From the IMG/VR virus record IMGVR_UViG_3300020215_000011: 50,858 nt of DNA; one strand, written 5' to 3'. The stretch is from a virus. Position 1 is the first letter of the stretch. Each line of letters opens with the position of its first letter. A program made the translations under genes and the position numbers. Below the pieces are notes generated by a model that was given only the letters and a program-made list of their open reading frames with translations, was not told the DNA's origin and did no database searches. Below are positions 31,902 through 40,988 of the stretch, piece after piece.

Positions 31902-34272
31902 CCCCCGCCAGTTCATCACTCGACGGGGCTTCCGTCTGCATCCCCGGCGCCTCTCCCGCGGACGGCTGGCTCCCCTGCCCCTGTCCGCTGTTGCCGAGCG
32001 ACGACGAGAAGTCGGCCGCCGCCTGCGCGAGCTGCTGCGCCTTCATCTGCTCCTGAATCAGGATGCTCACCTGCTGGAGATAGGCACGGAACAGCCCGGC
32101 CTGCGGCGCCGTCAGGAATCCGAAGTTGTCCGACTGCATGAACTTCTGAAGGTTCATCAGGTGCTCGGTCGGCTCCTCAAGCGGCGTGCCCACCGGCAGG
32201 GCGTTCGTCTCCATGATCGCGAGGATGGCCTCCTCGGCGGTGATCTTCGGCCCCGAGGTCACGCCGAGCGGCTTCTTGATGTACCGCGAGGGATCGAGCG
32301 TCGCCGCTTTGATGAGGTCGGTCTGCCAGTTGTAGTACTGCTCGGCGCTGACCGTGCCGACCTGGAAGGACAGCGGGTTGAACACCGCCATGCCGATCGC
32401 CTGGAGCGCCTGCTGCACGAGCCCCTTGTTCGTGTTCAGCAGCGTCGGCTGCCAGTCCCACGCGATCGGGATGGCGACGTCGAGCGGGTCCGCGATCTCG
32501 CGATACGGGTCCTCGTGCTCCTCCAGTTGCCCCGAGGCGAGGTACTGCTTGCGCTTCTTGAGGAACCGCCCGTTCAGGAGGTGGAACTGCTCCCACACCT
32601 GCCGGAGCCCCATGAACAGCCTGCGAAGAATTTGCTCCGGCATCGCCGCGCCCTGCTGGAGGATCGCCATCGTCGTCCCGAGCGTGCGGAGCGCCGACGC
32701 CTTGCCCTGCGGCACCTGACCACGCTGGATCGGGCCGATCTGCGTCACGTCGTCCATGAACTGCTTGGCGAGGCCCACCATGTTGAACCCGAACGTCTGG
32801 TCCGCGTGCGGCAGCGTCGGGAAGAACACGTCCTGCTGCGGGTTGTCGATCGGGTAGAGATCGCCCGGCCACAGCTTGATCGCTTCGGGCTTCATGCCAC
32901 TGGACGCCCGGTAGAACCCGAACGGACGGTTGGCGAGGTCGCCGTTGTCCGTCATCTGGTTCAACATGACGTGCAGGAAGTCGTGCAGCCCCTCCATCAC
33001 CTCGAGGAGCGAGATGCCGTAGATCTGGCCCTCGACGGGGATGTAACACGTATGCGACATGGGCCGGGTCAGCGGGATGCCGGGGGAGAGCTCCGTCAGG
33101 TACTTCGCGCGGATCAGGGTTTCGGATTCGCGGAGCACCCAGAAGATCACTTCTTCCTGGAGGCCGTCGTCATCGACGTCCCATCCCCCGAACCACTGGA
33201 TCAGCGTGAGCCACTGCTTGTCGTAGTCGTGGGGGCCGGACGGCTGGATGCCGGCGGCGTCTTCCTTCTGCTGCTTCGGCCCGTCGTCCGTCTCCCCGCC
33301 GTCGGTCGGGACGCGCCCCTCGGCCGCCGCCAGGATCTGCTTCCAGTCGTCGTCGGTGATGAGGTCGTAGATGCCGTCTTTCTCACCGCGCTTGAGTTCA
33401 TCGACGGTGATGCGGCTCATGCGCGCGACCCACGGGGCGCCCTTCGGATTGTGCGGCGTGACGGGCTGCGGGTTCTCGCAGCGCACCGGCACCACGACGT
33501 CCTCGAGGTCGTCCACGATGGCGGTGGGGCCATCGAACGTCGTCGCGTCCCAGACGGCGACGAGCTCCAGGCGTTCCTCGTCCTTCTCCCAGACGGTGAA
33601 GTCCACTTCCGTCCGCTGCTGGTCGTCGTTGACGAAGGCGCCCGCCCAGACGGTGCCGTGTTCGTTCTTCGCGACGAGTTCGGTGACCTGGGGGAACAGG
33701 TCAGGGATCGCCACGGCCATCGATTCGATCAGCGGCCGGTCGTCCTTGGGCAGGACCCGAACGTCGGTGAGTCGCGAAGAATGCTTGACCCACGGCTGGA
33801 AGCTGAAGACCGCGGGGTCCTTGCAGAACTGCGCGATGTACTTCTGGATGAACTGCTCGCCGTTGCCTTCCACGAACAGCTGGTAGTCGATCAGCTGATT
33901 GGCGGCCTCGGCCTTGTCGCGGAGATCCTTGCGCACCTTCGGCTCGAACGGCGGGCGAATGCCCATGACGGCGTTGAACAGGCCGGCCTCGACGCGCAGC
34001 TCGTTCGCCATCATCGCGGGATAGTGGTGATTGGAGCAGCCGTCCCACGGCGGGGACTCGCGCTGCGTCCAGCCGCGGAACTTGGCGTAGCGTTCCATGC
34101 GCTTGTCGAGCCACGTCTGGCGCTCGCCCATCGCGTCGTCCACTCGCTCGATGACGCCCTGCACGACGTCGGTGGCGTCGACCGACATGCGACGCTTGCG
34201 AAGCCTCGGGCCGGGCTCGGGCTTCTCGTCGGGAGCAGCGAGGTTCAGCGGGTTCGCGTAGTCGTCGGCCAT
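31885..34272 (-). CDS. Portal protein (795 aa)
   Basis: Large acidic protein downstream of terL; size and position. Confidence 0.75.
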   Translation of the reverse strand: MADDYANPLNLAAPDEKPEPGPRLRKRRMSVDATDVVQGVIERVDDAMGERQTWLDKRMERYAKFRGWTQRESPPWDGCSNHHYPAMMANELRVEAGLFNAVMGIRPPFEPKVRKDLRDKAEAANQLIDYQLFVEGNGEQFIQKYIAQFCKDPAVFSFQPWVKHSSRLTDVRVLPKDDRPLIESMAVAIPDLFPQVTELVAKNEHGTVWAGAFVNDDQQRTEVDFTVWEKDEERLELVAVWDATTFDGPTAIVDDLEDVVVPVRCENPQPVTPHNPKGAPWVARMSRITVDELKRGEKDGIYDLITDDDWKQILAAAEGRVPTDGGETDDGPKQQKEDAAGIQPSGPHDYDKQWLTLIQWFGGWDVDDDGLQEEVIFWVLRESETLIRAKYLTELSPGIPLTRPMSHTCYIPVEGQIYGISLLEVMEGLHDFLHVMLNQMTDNGDLANRPFGFYRASSGMKPEAIKLWPGDLYPIDNPQQDVFFPTLPHADQTFGFNMVGLAKQFMDDVTQIGPIQRGQVPQGKASALRTLGTTMAILQQGAAMPEQILRRLFMGLRQVWEQFHLLNGRFLKKRKQYLASGQLEEHEDPYREIADPLDVAIPIAWDWQPTLLNTNKGLVQQALQAIGMAVFNPLSFQVGTVSAEQYYNWQTDLIKAATLDPSRYIKKPLGVTSGPKITAEEAILAIMETNALPVGTPLEEPTEHLMNLQKFMQSDNFGFLTAPQAGLFRAYLQQVSILIQEQMKAQQLAQAAADFSSSLGNSGQGQGSQPSAGEAPGMQTEAPSSDELAGATSDG

Positions 34273-34445
34273 CAGTAGAACAGCCTGAAGTGACGGATCT
34301 CGCTGTAGTCAGCGTCGTGCGCGACGAGATGCGCTGCGCGGCGCAGCCACGACACGAGCGCGGCGCGCTCCTTCGCGTTCATCTTGCCGTGCAGACTGAT
34401 ACGGCACCGCAGGCGTTCACCTTTACGCGGACGTGCTTGCTTCAT
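34272..34445 (-). CDS. Hypothetical protein (57 aa)
   Basis: ATGA and TGATG coupling. Confidence 0.5.
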   Translation of the reverse strand: MKQARPRKGERLRCRISLHGKMNAKERAALVSWLRRAAHLVAHDADYSEIRHFRLFY

Positions 34446-34705
34446 CCCAACACCAGTCCTTCCAGCGCGCGCGGACGGCGCGGCAAGTCTTGCGGCACGA
34501 GGAGCAGCGGGACCCGCTCCCGGATGGCGGCGATCTCTTGATCGAGGAGCCGGTTGTAGCGTTCCTCCGTCACGAGACACGCCGCGGCGAACTGCTTGTA
34601 CTGCTCGTGGCAGCCGGCGCAGTAGCGGGCTTCGTGGCCGTCGGCGTTCACGAACGTCAGCGCGTCGGGAGCGACGGGTTCGCGGCAACCATCACAGGCG
34701 ATCAT
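34442..34705 (-). CDS. Zinc-ribbon protein (87 aa)
   Basis: CDGC...CAGC. Confidence 0.6.
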   Translation of the reverse strand: MIACDGCREPVAPDALTFVNADGHEARYCAGCHEQYKQFAAACLVTEERYNRLLDQEIAAIRERVPLLLVPQDLPRRPRALEGLVLG

Positions 34706-34875
34706 CGGCAGATCTTCGACACTTCGTCCGCGTGCGTCTTACACGTCAGGACGGCTTGGCCTTGCGCGAGATTCACGAACCAGCAGCCGCAGGTTCGGAT
34801 CTCGCAGATCGGTATCGTTCTGAGCGAGTCGGCCATCGTCATGTTGCCGGCGAACAAGTCGCGACCGTCGATCAT
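34702..34875 (-). CDS. Cys-containing small protein (57 aa)
   Basis: ATGA overlaps at both ends. Confidence 0.5.
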   Translation of the reverse strand: MIDGRDLFAGNMTMADSLRTIPICEIRTCGCWFVNLAQGQAVLTCKTHADEVSKICR

Positions 34876-35183
34876 CGGAACACCCTCGTCATGGCTTCTC
34901 CGCAGCAGGACGGCGTGTGCCCCGTGAACGGCGGGCTGCCATCGCACGGCTCGAACCCGTTGAAGTAATGGCCGGGCTGGTGCCGGAACTCGTGGAGGAT
35001 GACGCGGTAGGCGCGCCCCCCACACTTCCGGCACGTCAGCCACGCATCGTGTTCGTGCCGCCCGGAACAGTGCTGGGCGCACGTAGGACCTTCCGGCGGC
35101 AGCGGAAGCGTGCGCGGCGCCGTCCCGGGCAGCACGAGGCGTTGCTTCTGCGCGAAGATCTGGTCCCAGCGTTCGTCGCTCAT
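34872..35183 (-). CDS. Cys/His-rich protein (103 aa)
   Basis: ORF track; ATGA overlap with the terL stop. Confidence 0.6.
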   Translation of the reverse strand: MSDERWDQIFAQKQRLVLPGTAPRTLPLPPEGPTCAQHCSGRHEHDAWLTCRKCGGRAYRVILHEFRHQPGHYFNGFEPCDGSPPFTGHTPSCCGEAMTRVFR

Positions 35184-36874
35184 CCGCGTCTCCGATGCTG
35201 GAACACCATCCCGCGCGTGTAGCCGGTGAACGACGGCCGGTCGAGCGCGAAGTAGCGGACGAGATCCGGGAAGTCCTTGTGACGGTCCCTAACCTTCTCC
35301 TTCGGCTCCTTGTCGCCGCCGCGCGTCCACTCGTCCCACGTCCAGTGGGTCATCCCGTAGATGAACTTCGGGCACGTGTTGAACACCGCGAACCGTGGAC
35401 GGCGGGTCCGGGGATCGGGACGCAGGAGTTCGTTGACCTGCGAGATGCCGGCGTTGATCTCGTCGTTCGCGAGATCGCAGCGGATGCCTTCTTGGTCGTA
35501 CTCCTTGCGGATCGTCCACCCGCGCTGCATCCGGTCGTTCGTCTCGGTGGCGATGTTCGGGTCCATCAACCGCTTCACCGGACGCATCCGATGGCGCTCC
35601 TCGAAGGAGCGGATTTCGCGCGCGACGTCCTTCGCGGTGCCCGTCGCCTCGAGCTCCCCGACCATGAACACGTCGTCTGACGGCGCCACCGCGAACCAGC
35701 CGATCGCGTCTGCCTTTCGAGGATGCGGGTCGATCACCATGACGACGGGCCAGCCGGCGGGAATCGGGAACGGCTCGATCACGTGCGAGAACTGCGAGAG
35801 ATCGTCGCCCTTGCACGTCGGGCACGACCCGTCGATGCCGAGCACGCGCTTCTGGCAGCGGTAGCACCACGTCGCGTAGGTGCGCTCGAACATCGAGTAC
35901 ACGACGCCCGAGAGATGGATGAACCGGCCGTAGAGTCGAACGGCCCGCTGCTCGTCGGTCAGTCGTTCCGCGATCGCCTGCACGTCCTCCGGAGAGAGGA
36001 TCGTGTTGCGCTCGGTGAACAACTGGATGGTGTCGATCTCCGGGTGCTGGTTCGGCCCCGGGAGTCCTGGTTCATAGATCTCGTCGAAGAACCACGCGGC
36101 ATCGACCTGGGCGGACCCGGCTTCGTCCGGGGGCGTGAACGCCGTGTAGAGCTGGCCGCGGACGTCGAGCGTGCGTAGCCGGTTTTCCCGGTAGATGTCC
36201 GAGGGTGGCAATTCGTCGTGGCCGACCCAGTGCAGCGAGGACCCCGCGAACGCCGAGAGGTCCTGGTCGTAGGACATCAGCTGAATCGTGGACGTGCCGC
36301 TGACGGAGTTGATGGAGCCGTCCGCCCCCCGCCAGTACGAGTCCACGCTGACGTGGAGGGTCCGATAGCGTTCGGAGTACGCCTTTTCCCACGACCCGCC
36401 GGCCAGACAGTGCCGGGGAATCCATCCCCAGTGACCGCGGCCGTCGTTCGGGTCGCCGACGCCGTTCCACTGATCCCAGCGCAGCTTCGGCTTGATGACG
36501 GGCTCGATCGTGTCCGTCAGCGAGTTGCACACGAGGCGGGCGCGGATCGGGGCGCGGATCTTCTCGCGCGGATACGTCCCCATCAGAGACACCGGGATGT
36601 GGCCCGTCGCCTGAATCGCCAGTTCCGCCAGCATCGTGTCCGTCTTGCTCGAGCGGTTGCCGCCGACGATGGCGACCTCGCGCTTCATGCTCGTGTGCGC
36701 CTTGAGCGCGTCGGGATTGCGGACCTGGTAGTAGGCGAGCTGCGTGCCCTTGCGGTCCTCCTGCAAGGCCTGGGTGGTCTGCATCAGGACCGTGCGGAAC
36801 CACGCCGGATTCTCCCGCGCCCTCGCGATCAGCTCGTCCTGCGAGAGCTCGGAGAGATCCTTGAGGTCGATCAC
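35180..36874 (-). CDS. terL: Terminase large subunit (564 aa)
   Basis: Walker A-like VGGNRSSKTDT, Walker B-like LHWVGHDELP, C-terminal nuclease-like acidic motifs; GTG in a GTGA overlap. Confidence 0.85.
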   Translation of the reverse strand: MIDLKDLSELSQDELIARARENPAWFRTVLMQTTQALQEDRKGTQLAYYQVRNPDALKAHTSMKREVAIVGGNRSSKTDTMLAELAIQATGHIPVSLMGTYPREKIRAPIRARLVCNSLTDTIEPVIKPKLRWDQWNGVGDPNDGRGHWGWIPRHCLAGGSWEKAYSERYRTLHVSVDSYWRGADGSINSVSGTSTIQLMSYDQDLSAFAGSSLHWVGHDELPPSDIYRENRLRTLDVRGQLYTAFTPPDEAGSAQVDAAWFFDEIYEPGLPGPNQHPEIDTIQLFTERNTILSPEDVQAIAERLTDEQRAVRLYGRFIHLSGVVYSMFERTYATWCYRCQKRVLGIDGSCPTCKGDDLSQFSHVIEPFPIPAGWPVVMVIDPHPRKADAIGWFAVAPSDDVFMVGELEATGTAKDVAREIRSFEERHRMRPVKRLMDPNIATETNDRMQRGWTIRKEYDQEGIRCDLANDEINAGISQVNELLRPDPRTRRPRFAVFNTCPKFIYGMTHWTWDEWTRGGDKEPKEKVRDRHKDFPDLVRYFALDRPSFTGYTRGMVFQHRRRG

Positions 36875-38148
36875 GCGGGCTGGTGCTTCAACTGTCCGAG
36901 GCGGCGACAGACCGCCATCCCGACCCGCATCAGCCCCTTGCCGACCACCGAGTCCCCGTGGGCCATCTCGCGCGTCCACGGCTCCGCCACGACCCACACG
37001 AGGCGGGTGACGACCGAGGACCGGCGCATCGCGCGCACGACGGTCGGCGCCCAGCGGTAGTAGCCGGCGAGGACGACGGGATCGACCGTGCGGCCGAACG
37101 CCTCGTCCGCCTTCCACGTCGCCTCATCGAGGTAGCCCTGGCGGTAGAGCTCCGTGCAGATGACGGTGGCCCCGCCGGCACCTCCCCCTCCGCCGCCCGC
37201 GGCCCCCCCGTCGCTCTCGTCGCCGCTGCCGCTCGGGCCCGCCGTCCCGGTCCCCGAAGACGTCCCACCGCCATCCGTTTCGTCGCCGCTCGGTGCCGGC
37301 CCGGTGCCGGTCGGCCCCATCCCCGTGTCTTCGCTGAAGGTGACCGGCGCGGTGGTCGTCGTGTCCGGCATCCCGCCGCGGACCCCTGACGAGAACAAGC
37401 CCGGCTGACCCTGAAGGCCCGTCACGGCGGTGGTCGGCGCCGCGGTGAACGACGGGTTCGACAGATCCCCGAAGGTCGGCGACGGGATGCCGGACTCACT
37501 CAGCGGCCCCGTCCCGAGCGCCCCGACCGCGATCCCGCTGCTGTTCGGCGTCGAGGTGGTCGTCGGAGACGTCGTGCCGCTCAGGAACCCCTCCAGCCCG
37601 TTCACGACGCCTTGCAGCCCGCTCACCGTCGCCTGGGACGCCGGGGGGGCCGGCCCGAACGCCCCGAGGCCGAAGTTCGCCAGGCTCGCGGCCAGCCCCA
37701 GTCCCGGCACCGCGGCGTTCGCGATCGTCCCGACGAGGCCGTTCGCCACCGTCGAGGGAATGCCGAACTGCGCGCCGAGCTGGGCCGCCGGGGTCGCGGA
37801 CGCGATCGTCCCCAGATCCCCGAGCAGACCGCCGGAGTTCCCGTGCCCGCCGGAGACCCCGGAGCCCGCGCCCGGCGCCGATGGAGCGCCCGCTTCTCCG
37901 GTTGGCCCGCCGGGGGTCCCTGGCGAATTGATCTGCCCGGTTACGGATTCGGCGTTGCCGATCGCCCCCTCAAAGAACCCGATGCCGGGGTTGTACGGGG
38001 CCGGGGACGCCGCCGGCATGAACGTGGACGGCTGCCCCGGAAACGCCGTGTCCGACCCCTGGACGCCCGGCAGCGTCACCGGCTGGCCTGACGGACGCCC
38101 GGGATAGGCAATGTCCAGCCCGGCCAGACTCAGCGGAGCCGTCAGCAT
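36871..38148 (-). CDS. Gly/Ser/Thr/Pro-rich low-complexity protein with a ~95-aa globular C-terminal domain (425 aa)
   Basis: Single ORF coupled to terS (TGATG) and terL (GTGA); G-rich first codon positions argue it is the true frame; C-terminus ..VICTELYRQGYLDEATWKADEAFGR.. Confidence 0.6.
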   Translation of the reverse strand: MLTAPLSLAGLDIAYPGRPSGQPVTLPGVQGSDTAFPGQPSTFMPAASPAPYNPGIGFFEGAIGNAESVTGQINSPGTPGGPTGEAGAPSAPGAGSGVSGGHGNSGGLLGDLGTIASATPAAQLGAQFGIPSTVANGLVGTIANAAVPGLGLAASLANFGLGAFGPAPPASQATVSGLQGVVNGLEGFLSGTTSPTTTSTPNSSGIAVGALGTGPLSESGIPSPTFGDLSNPSFTAAPTTAVTGLQGQPGLFSSGVRGGMPDTTTTAPVTFSEDTGMGPTGTGPAPSGDETDGGGTSSGTGTAGPSGSGDESDGGAAGGGGGGAGGATVICTELYRQGYLDEATWKADEAFGRTVDPVVLAGYYRWAPTVVRAMRRSSVVTRLVWVVAEPWTREMAHGDSVVGKGLMRVGMAVCRRLGQLKHQPA

Positions 38149-38594
38149 CAGCGCGCCTCCTTCGGCATCTCCGCCTCGATGATCCGGGCCACCTGCCCGA
38201 GCCGTGATACCAGCTCCGGCATCGACACCCGGACCTCGTGGAGGTTCGCCACCAACTGCGTCGGCTGCCCGCTCAGGAGCTGCACCTTCTCCGTCGAGAT
38301 CCCCATCGTGATCGCCAGCGCCTGCCGGTCCTTCGGGCTCAGATCCGCCTTCCGCATCCCGTCATAGGCCCCGAAGAACGTGTCATGCCACGCCGCCAGC
38401 ATCTCCGGCACGTGCGACTTCTTCAGCGCGTCGATCTCCGGTCCCAGATGCGAGAGGATGTCCCGCACCGTCCGGCGCGGAACCCCCGTCTCGGAGGCAA
38501 TGGACGGCGTACAGGCCTCTCCCCGAAGCGCCAGGTTCCGCGCCGCCGCTTCCGCTACGGCCCGGACCTGTTCCGGCTGAACCCGGGTAGCCAC
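38148..38594 (-). CDS. terS: Terminase small subunit-like protein (148 aa)
   Basis: N-terminal HTH-like ..TPSIASETGVPRRTVRDIL..; position at the head of the packaging module. Confidence 0.5.
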   Translation of the reverse strand: MATRVQPEQVRAVAEAAARNLALRGEACTPSIASETGVPRRTVRDILSHLGPEIDALKKSHVPEMLAAWHDTFFGAYDGMRKADLSPKDRQALAITMGISTEKVQLLSGQPTQLVANLHEVRVSMPELVSRLGQVARIIEAEMPKEAR

Positions 38595-38609
38595 GGCCGA
38601 ATCGTATCA

Positions 38610-38639
38610 CGCTATTCCCGACCGGAAATAGTGCCTTTT
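38610..38639 (-). promoter_or_regulatory. 30-nt promoter/activator-site-like element, copy 1 (upstream of terS)
   Basis: CGCTATTCCCGACCGGAAATAGTGCCTTTT matches 39344..39373 at about 25/30 positions, in a low-GC intergenic gap. Confidence 0.45.
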
Positions 38640-38643
38640 ACAC

Positions 38644-39087
38644 TCACGGGTGCGCGCACCCCACTTTCCCGCACCGCCCCGGCCCCCCGCAGTTCTTCCC
38701 GATCCGCCCCTCGTAGACCGGCTCTTTGACCGGCCACACCCCCTTCCGCGCCTCCGCCAGCTCCCCCTTCAACCGCCCCACGTCCAGCCGCAGCATCTCG
38801 ATCTCAGGCACCAGCAGCCGAAGGCGCGCCACCTCCGCCAGCAGCACCGCGCAATGCGGGCACTCGCCCTTCTGAATCGCCTTCCGTCGCCGGACGCTGT
38901 TCGACTCGGGAACCCGGTCCACCGATACGTTGAACCCGGCATACGCGGGATCGACGCTCAACGTCGCGTTCTCCCCCCGGGAACGTTCCCCCTCTTGTTC
39001 TCCCCCCGGCGTTCTCCCCTTCCGGCACCGGGAACACCACCGCTGCTTGCCGGCCTCGCGTTCTCCGCACTTCGTACAGGTCGCCAT
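38644..39087 (-). CDS. Zinc-finger plus coiled-coil protein (147 aa), candidate late regulator
   Basis: CTKC..CSRC, CPHC; sits between the two copies of the 30-nt element. Confidence 0.6.
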   Translation of the reverse strand: MATCTKCGEREAGKQRWCSRCRKGRTPGGEQEGERSRGENATLSVDPAYAGFNVSVDRVPESNSVRRRKAIQKGECPHCAVLLAEVARLRLLVPEIEMLRLDVGRLKGELAEARKGVWPVKEPVYEGRIGKNCGGPGRCGKVGCAHP

Positions 39088-39343
39088 TTGTTCCTCCCGC
39101 GTGGGGCTAAACGTCCCTTGACCTCGTTTGTCTCAGCGCTCTGTCGGTAGGGAACCCGTCACCGTGCCCCACATGACGGCCGGGCTGCCCCCAGGCCCCC
39201 CTCCCACCCAGCTCCACCCCAAATCGGGTGCCCTCGTACCCACAACGGGTGGTGTTCGGGCCCATCTGCCCCCGAGAGGCGTGCTGCAAGTACGCGAGAA
39301 GGCTCGCTTGACAGACTAGTGCGGTTCTCTGTCATCATCTTGT

Positions 39344-39373
39344 CGCAAATCCCGACCGGAAATGGTGCGATTT
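39344..39373 (-). promoter_or_regulatory. 30-nt promoter/activator-site-like element, copy 2
   Basis: CGCAAATCCCGACCGGAAATGGTGCGATTT; flanked by the 8-bp inverted repeat CGCAAATC/GATTTGCG (39345-39377). Confidence 0.45.
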
Positions 39374-39415
39374 GCGCGTGGCGCGTTGGATCAGCGACGG
39401 GTAGCGTCCTGCGCC

Positions 39416-39562
39416 CTAGAATCGGAGCCTGAAGCGTCGCCAGCGATACAGCGACATGAGCCGTCGCCAGAACCCTGCATGGAGGAGCGGGGAGCGGAGG
39501 CAGGTTTCGCAGTGCCAGCCGTTGCCGCAGCCCGGGGAGATGTAGCAGTCGCAGGCGCTCAT
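39416..39562 (-). CDS. Cys-rich small protein with basic/hydrophobic tail (48 aa)
   Basis: Hand-translated MSACDCYISPGCGNGWHCETCLRSPLLHAGFWRRLMSLYRWRRFRLRF; hairpin 39565-39580 2 nt upstream. Confidence 0.5.
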   Translation of the reverse strand: MSACDCYISPGCGNGWHCETCLRSPLLHAGFWRRLMSLYRWRRFRLRF

Positions 39563-39587
39563 CTGGCGCCCTGACGGGCGGGGTGGT

Positions 39588-40571
39588 TCATCGTCCGCGC
39601 TCCAGTAGGTCCAAGAGGCGGGCTGAGGCGTTCGAGGGGCCGAGGTAGCGGGCGCGGTAGATGCCTAAGGCGTCGGGATCTATGGCGAATGGCTCGGGGT
39701 TGGTGACGAGCGGGCGGATGACGCCGGGCCAGTAGCCAAAGGTATACGGCATCCCGGAGTAGCACTCGTGCGTCGTCCTGTGGCCGTCCAGATGCGGCTG
39801 GGGCAGGGTCACGGAATACTGAGGCACGCCAGCGTGCGCGAGCTCCATCGCGGCGCCTGACTGGAAGTGGACGGCGACGGTCGCTGACCGGATGAGCCGG
39901 AGAGACATCGGTGGGTAGAGTTCCGTGTCCTCGTACACGGCATCAGCGAGCTGTCTCACATACGCAGGGTCCGCGTGCTTACGCCTCGTCTTGATGACGA
40001 GGCGTAACTTCTCCGTGTCACACCAGCGCCGCAATCTCGTCAGGAGCCGGCGATAGCCCGCGTAGCGGTACACGAAGCGTCGCCAGCCGCCGACTCGGAG
40101 CTTGCACGAGAACAGCAGGAGCATGGGTGAGGACTCACTGGGCAGCGGGCGGGCGGCGGCCCAGGCGTCGAGCTGCGTTGAGCCGAGCGTCGGGGCCCAC
40201 CAGTCAGACCGATGGCGGTCGGCCAGTCGGTATTGATAATCCGACACGTAGCATTGCAGCATCCCGGGGATGACGGGCGCATTCGCCTGCTCCCAGCTGT
40301 AATCCAAGCTCACGAGGCGGGCTGAGGACCAGGCGCTCACATCGTGGGTGTGCAACGTGGGGCCGATGAAGGCATCGGCCGGGGACGGGTCGGTGATAAC
40401 CGTCGTCGACCACCAGCGGTGCGAGACGTCAGCGTAACGGGCCTGCTCCCCCGGCTTGCGGTCGCGGGTCCAGTACAACAGGACCGTGTGCTTGCGGCGT
40501 AACGCTTCCTCGATGACGGGGCCGATGACCTTGAAGTAGCCGATCCGTGCCGCCGGGAAGGCGAGGATCAC
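39588..40571 (-). CDS. Glycosyltransferase-like (GT-B/TagF-like) protein (327 aa)
   Basis: Weak pattern resemblance only; GTG start overlaps the upstream TAG (TAGTG). Confidence 0.4.
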   Translation of the reverse strand: MILAFPAARIGYFKVIGPVIEEALRRKHTVLLYWTRDRKPGEQARYADVSHRWWSTTVITDPSPADAFIGPTLHTHDVSAWSSARLVSLDYSWEQANAPVIPGMLQCYVSDYQYRLADRHRSDWWAPTLGSTQLDAWAAARPLPSESSPMLLLFSCKLRVGGWRRFVYRYAGYRRLLTRLRRWCDTEKLRLVIKTRRKHADPAYVRQLADAVYEDTELYPPMSLRLIRSATVAVHFQSGAAMELAHAGVPQYSVTLPQPHLDGHRTTHECYSGMPYTFGYWPGVIRPLVTNPEPFAIDPDALGIYRARYLGPSNASARLLDLLERGR

Positions 40572-40684
40572 TAGCGGCGCGCACGGAGGGTGCGCTTGAA
40601 CGCCCTCTCTGCCACCCACACCGCCAGACACATGCCGATCAGCGAGCCGACCACGAGCCCGAGCAGCGTCATCAGTAGTGTCAT
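40571..40684 (-). CDS. Single-TMD peptide (37 aa)
   Basis: Hand-translated MTLLMTLLGLVVGSLIGMCLAVWVAERAFKRTLRARR; ATGA coupling. Confidence 0.4.
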   Translation of the reverse strand: MTLLMTLLGLVVGSLIGMCLAVWVAERAFKRTLRARR

Positions 40685-40764
40685 CGACTCGTCAGCGCCA
40701 TGATCAGCACACCGGCCAGCCCACAAATCGCGGCGGTTATAAAGAACGCCGTCGAGAGCCTCAT
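40681..40764 (-). CDS. Single-TMD peptide (27 aa)
   Basis: MRLSTAFFITAAICGLAGVLIMALTSR; GAGGAGG upstream. Confidence 0.4.
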   Translation of the reverse strand: MRLSTAFFITAAICGLAGVLIMALTSR

Positions 40765-40814
40765 TCCACCTGCCTCCTCAAATGCCACCCCTATGCCGTC
40801 TCGCCGCCACTCGG

Positions 40815-40988
40815 TCACGACTCCCGCTTCTTGTACTTCATCCCCCGATGCGCCCGACCACCGCGGCGCCCGCCTCGGCGCAGCTTCGCCTTGATGTACT
40901 CTTGCGCCTCGGCCTTGCTCATGCCGGTGCGCTTGCACAGATTCCAGATCTGCCAGCCCTCGAAACTCGGGAAGTCGAAGGCGGCCAT
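40815..40988 (-). CDS. Small basic protein (57 aa)
   Basis: Hand-translated MAAFDFPSFEGWQIWNLCKRTGMSKAEAQEYIKAKL...; TGATG coupling. Confidence 0.5.
   Translation of the reverse strand: MAAFDFPSFEGWQIWNLCKRTGMSKAEAQEYIKAKLRRGGRRGGRAHRGMKYKKRES

Noticed and set aside
32161-34278. 705-aa plus-strand ORF, and similar long plus ORFs at 13020..14837, 6038..7666, 27014..28654, 10846..12075, 15147..16499, 35195.. and 36218..
   Set aside because: They are antisense shadows of clearly recognisable minus-strand genes (portal, ejection protein, integrase, capsid and others). Their R/L/V/H/D-rich composition is typical of the complementary frame in high-GC DNA.
39088-39343. Possible tRNA, attP core or ncRNA in the ~330-nt low-GC gap
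   Set aside because: No cloverleaf, T-loop (GTTCRANYC) or CCA-type 3' end could be built. Only short stems are present (CACCC-N6-GGGTG, GACAGA-N12-TCTGTC). It is left as an unexplained leader.
39362-39574. Plus-strand 70-aa ORF starting inside the repeated 30-nt element
   Set aside because: The ATG is not conserved in the other copy of the element (ATA). The region is better explained by the minus-strand Cys-rich gene 39416..39562, which has a start-associated hairpin.
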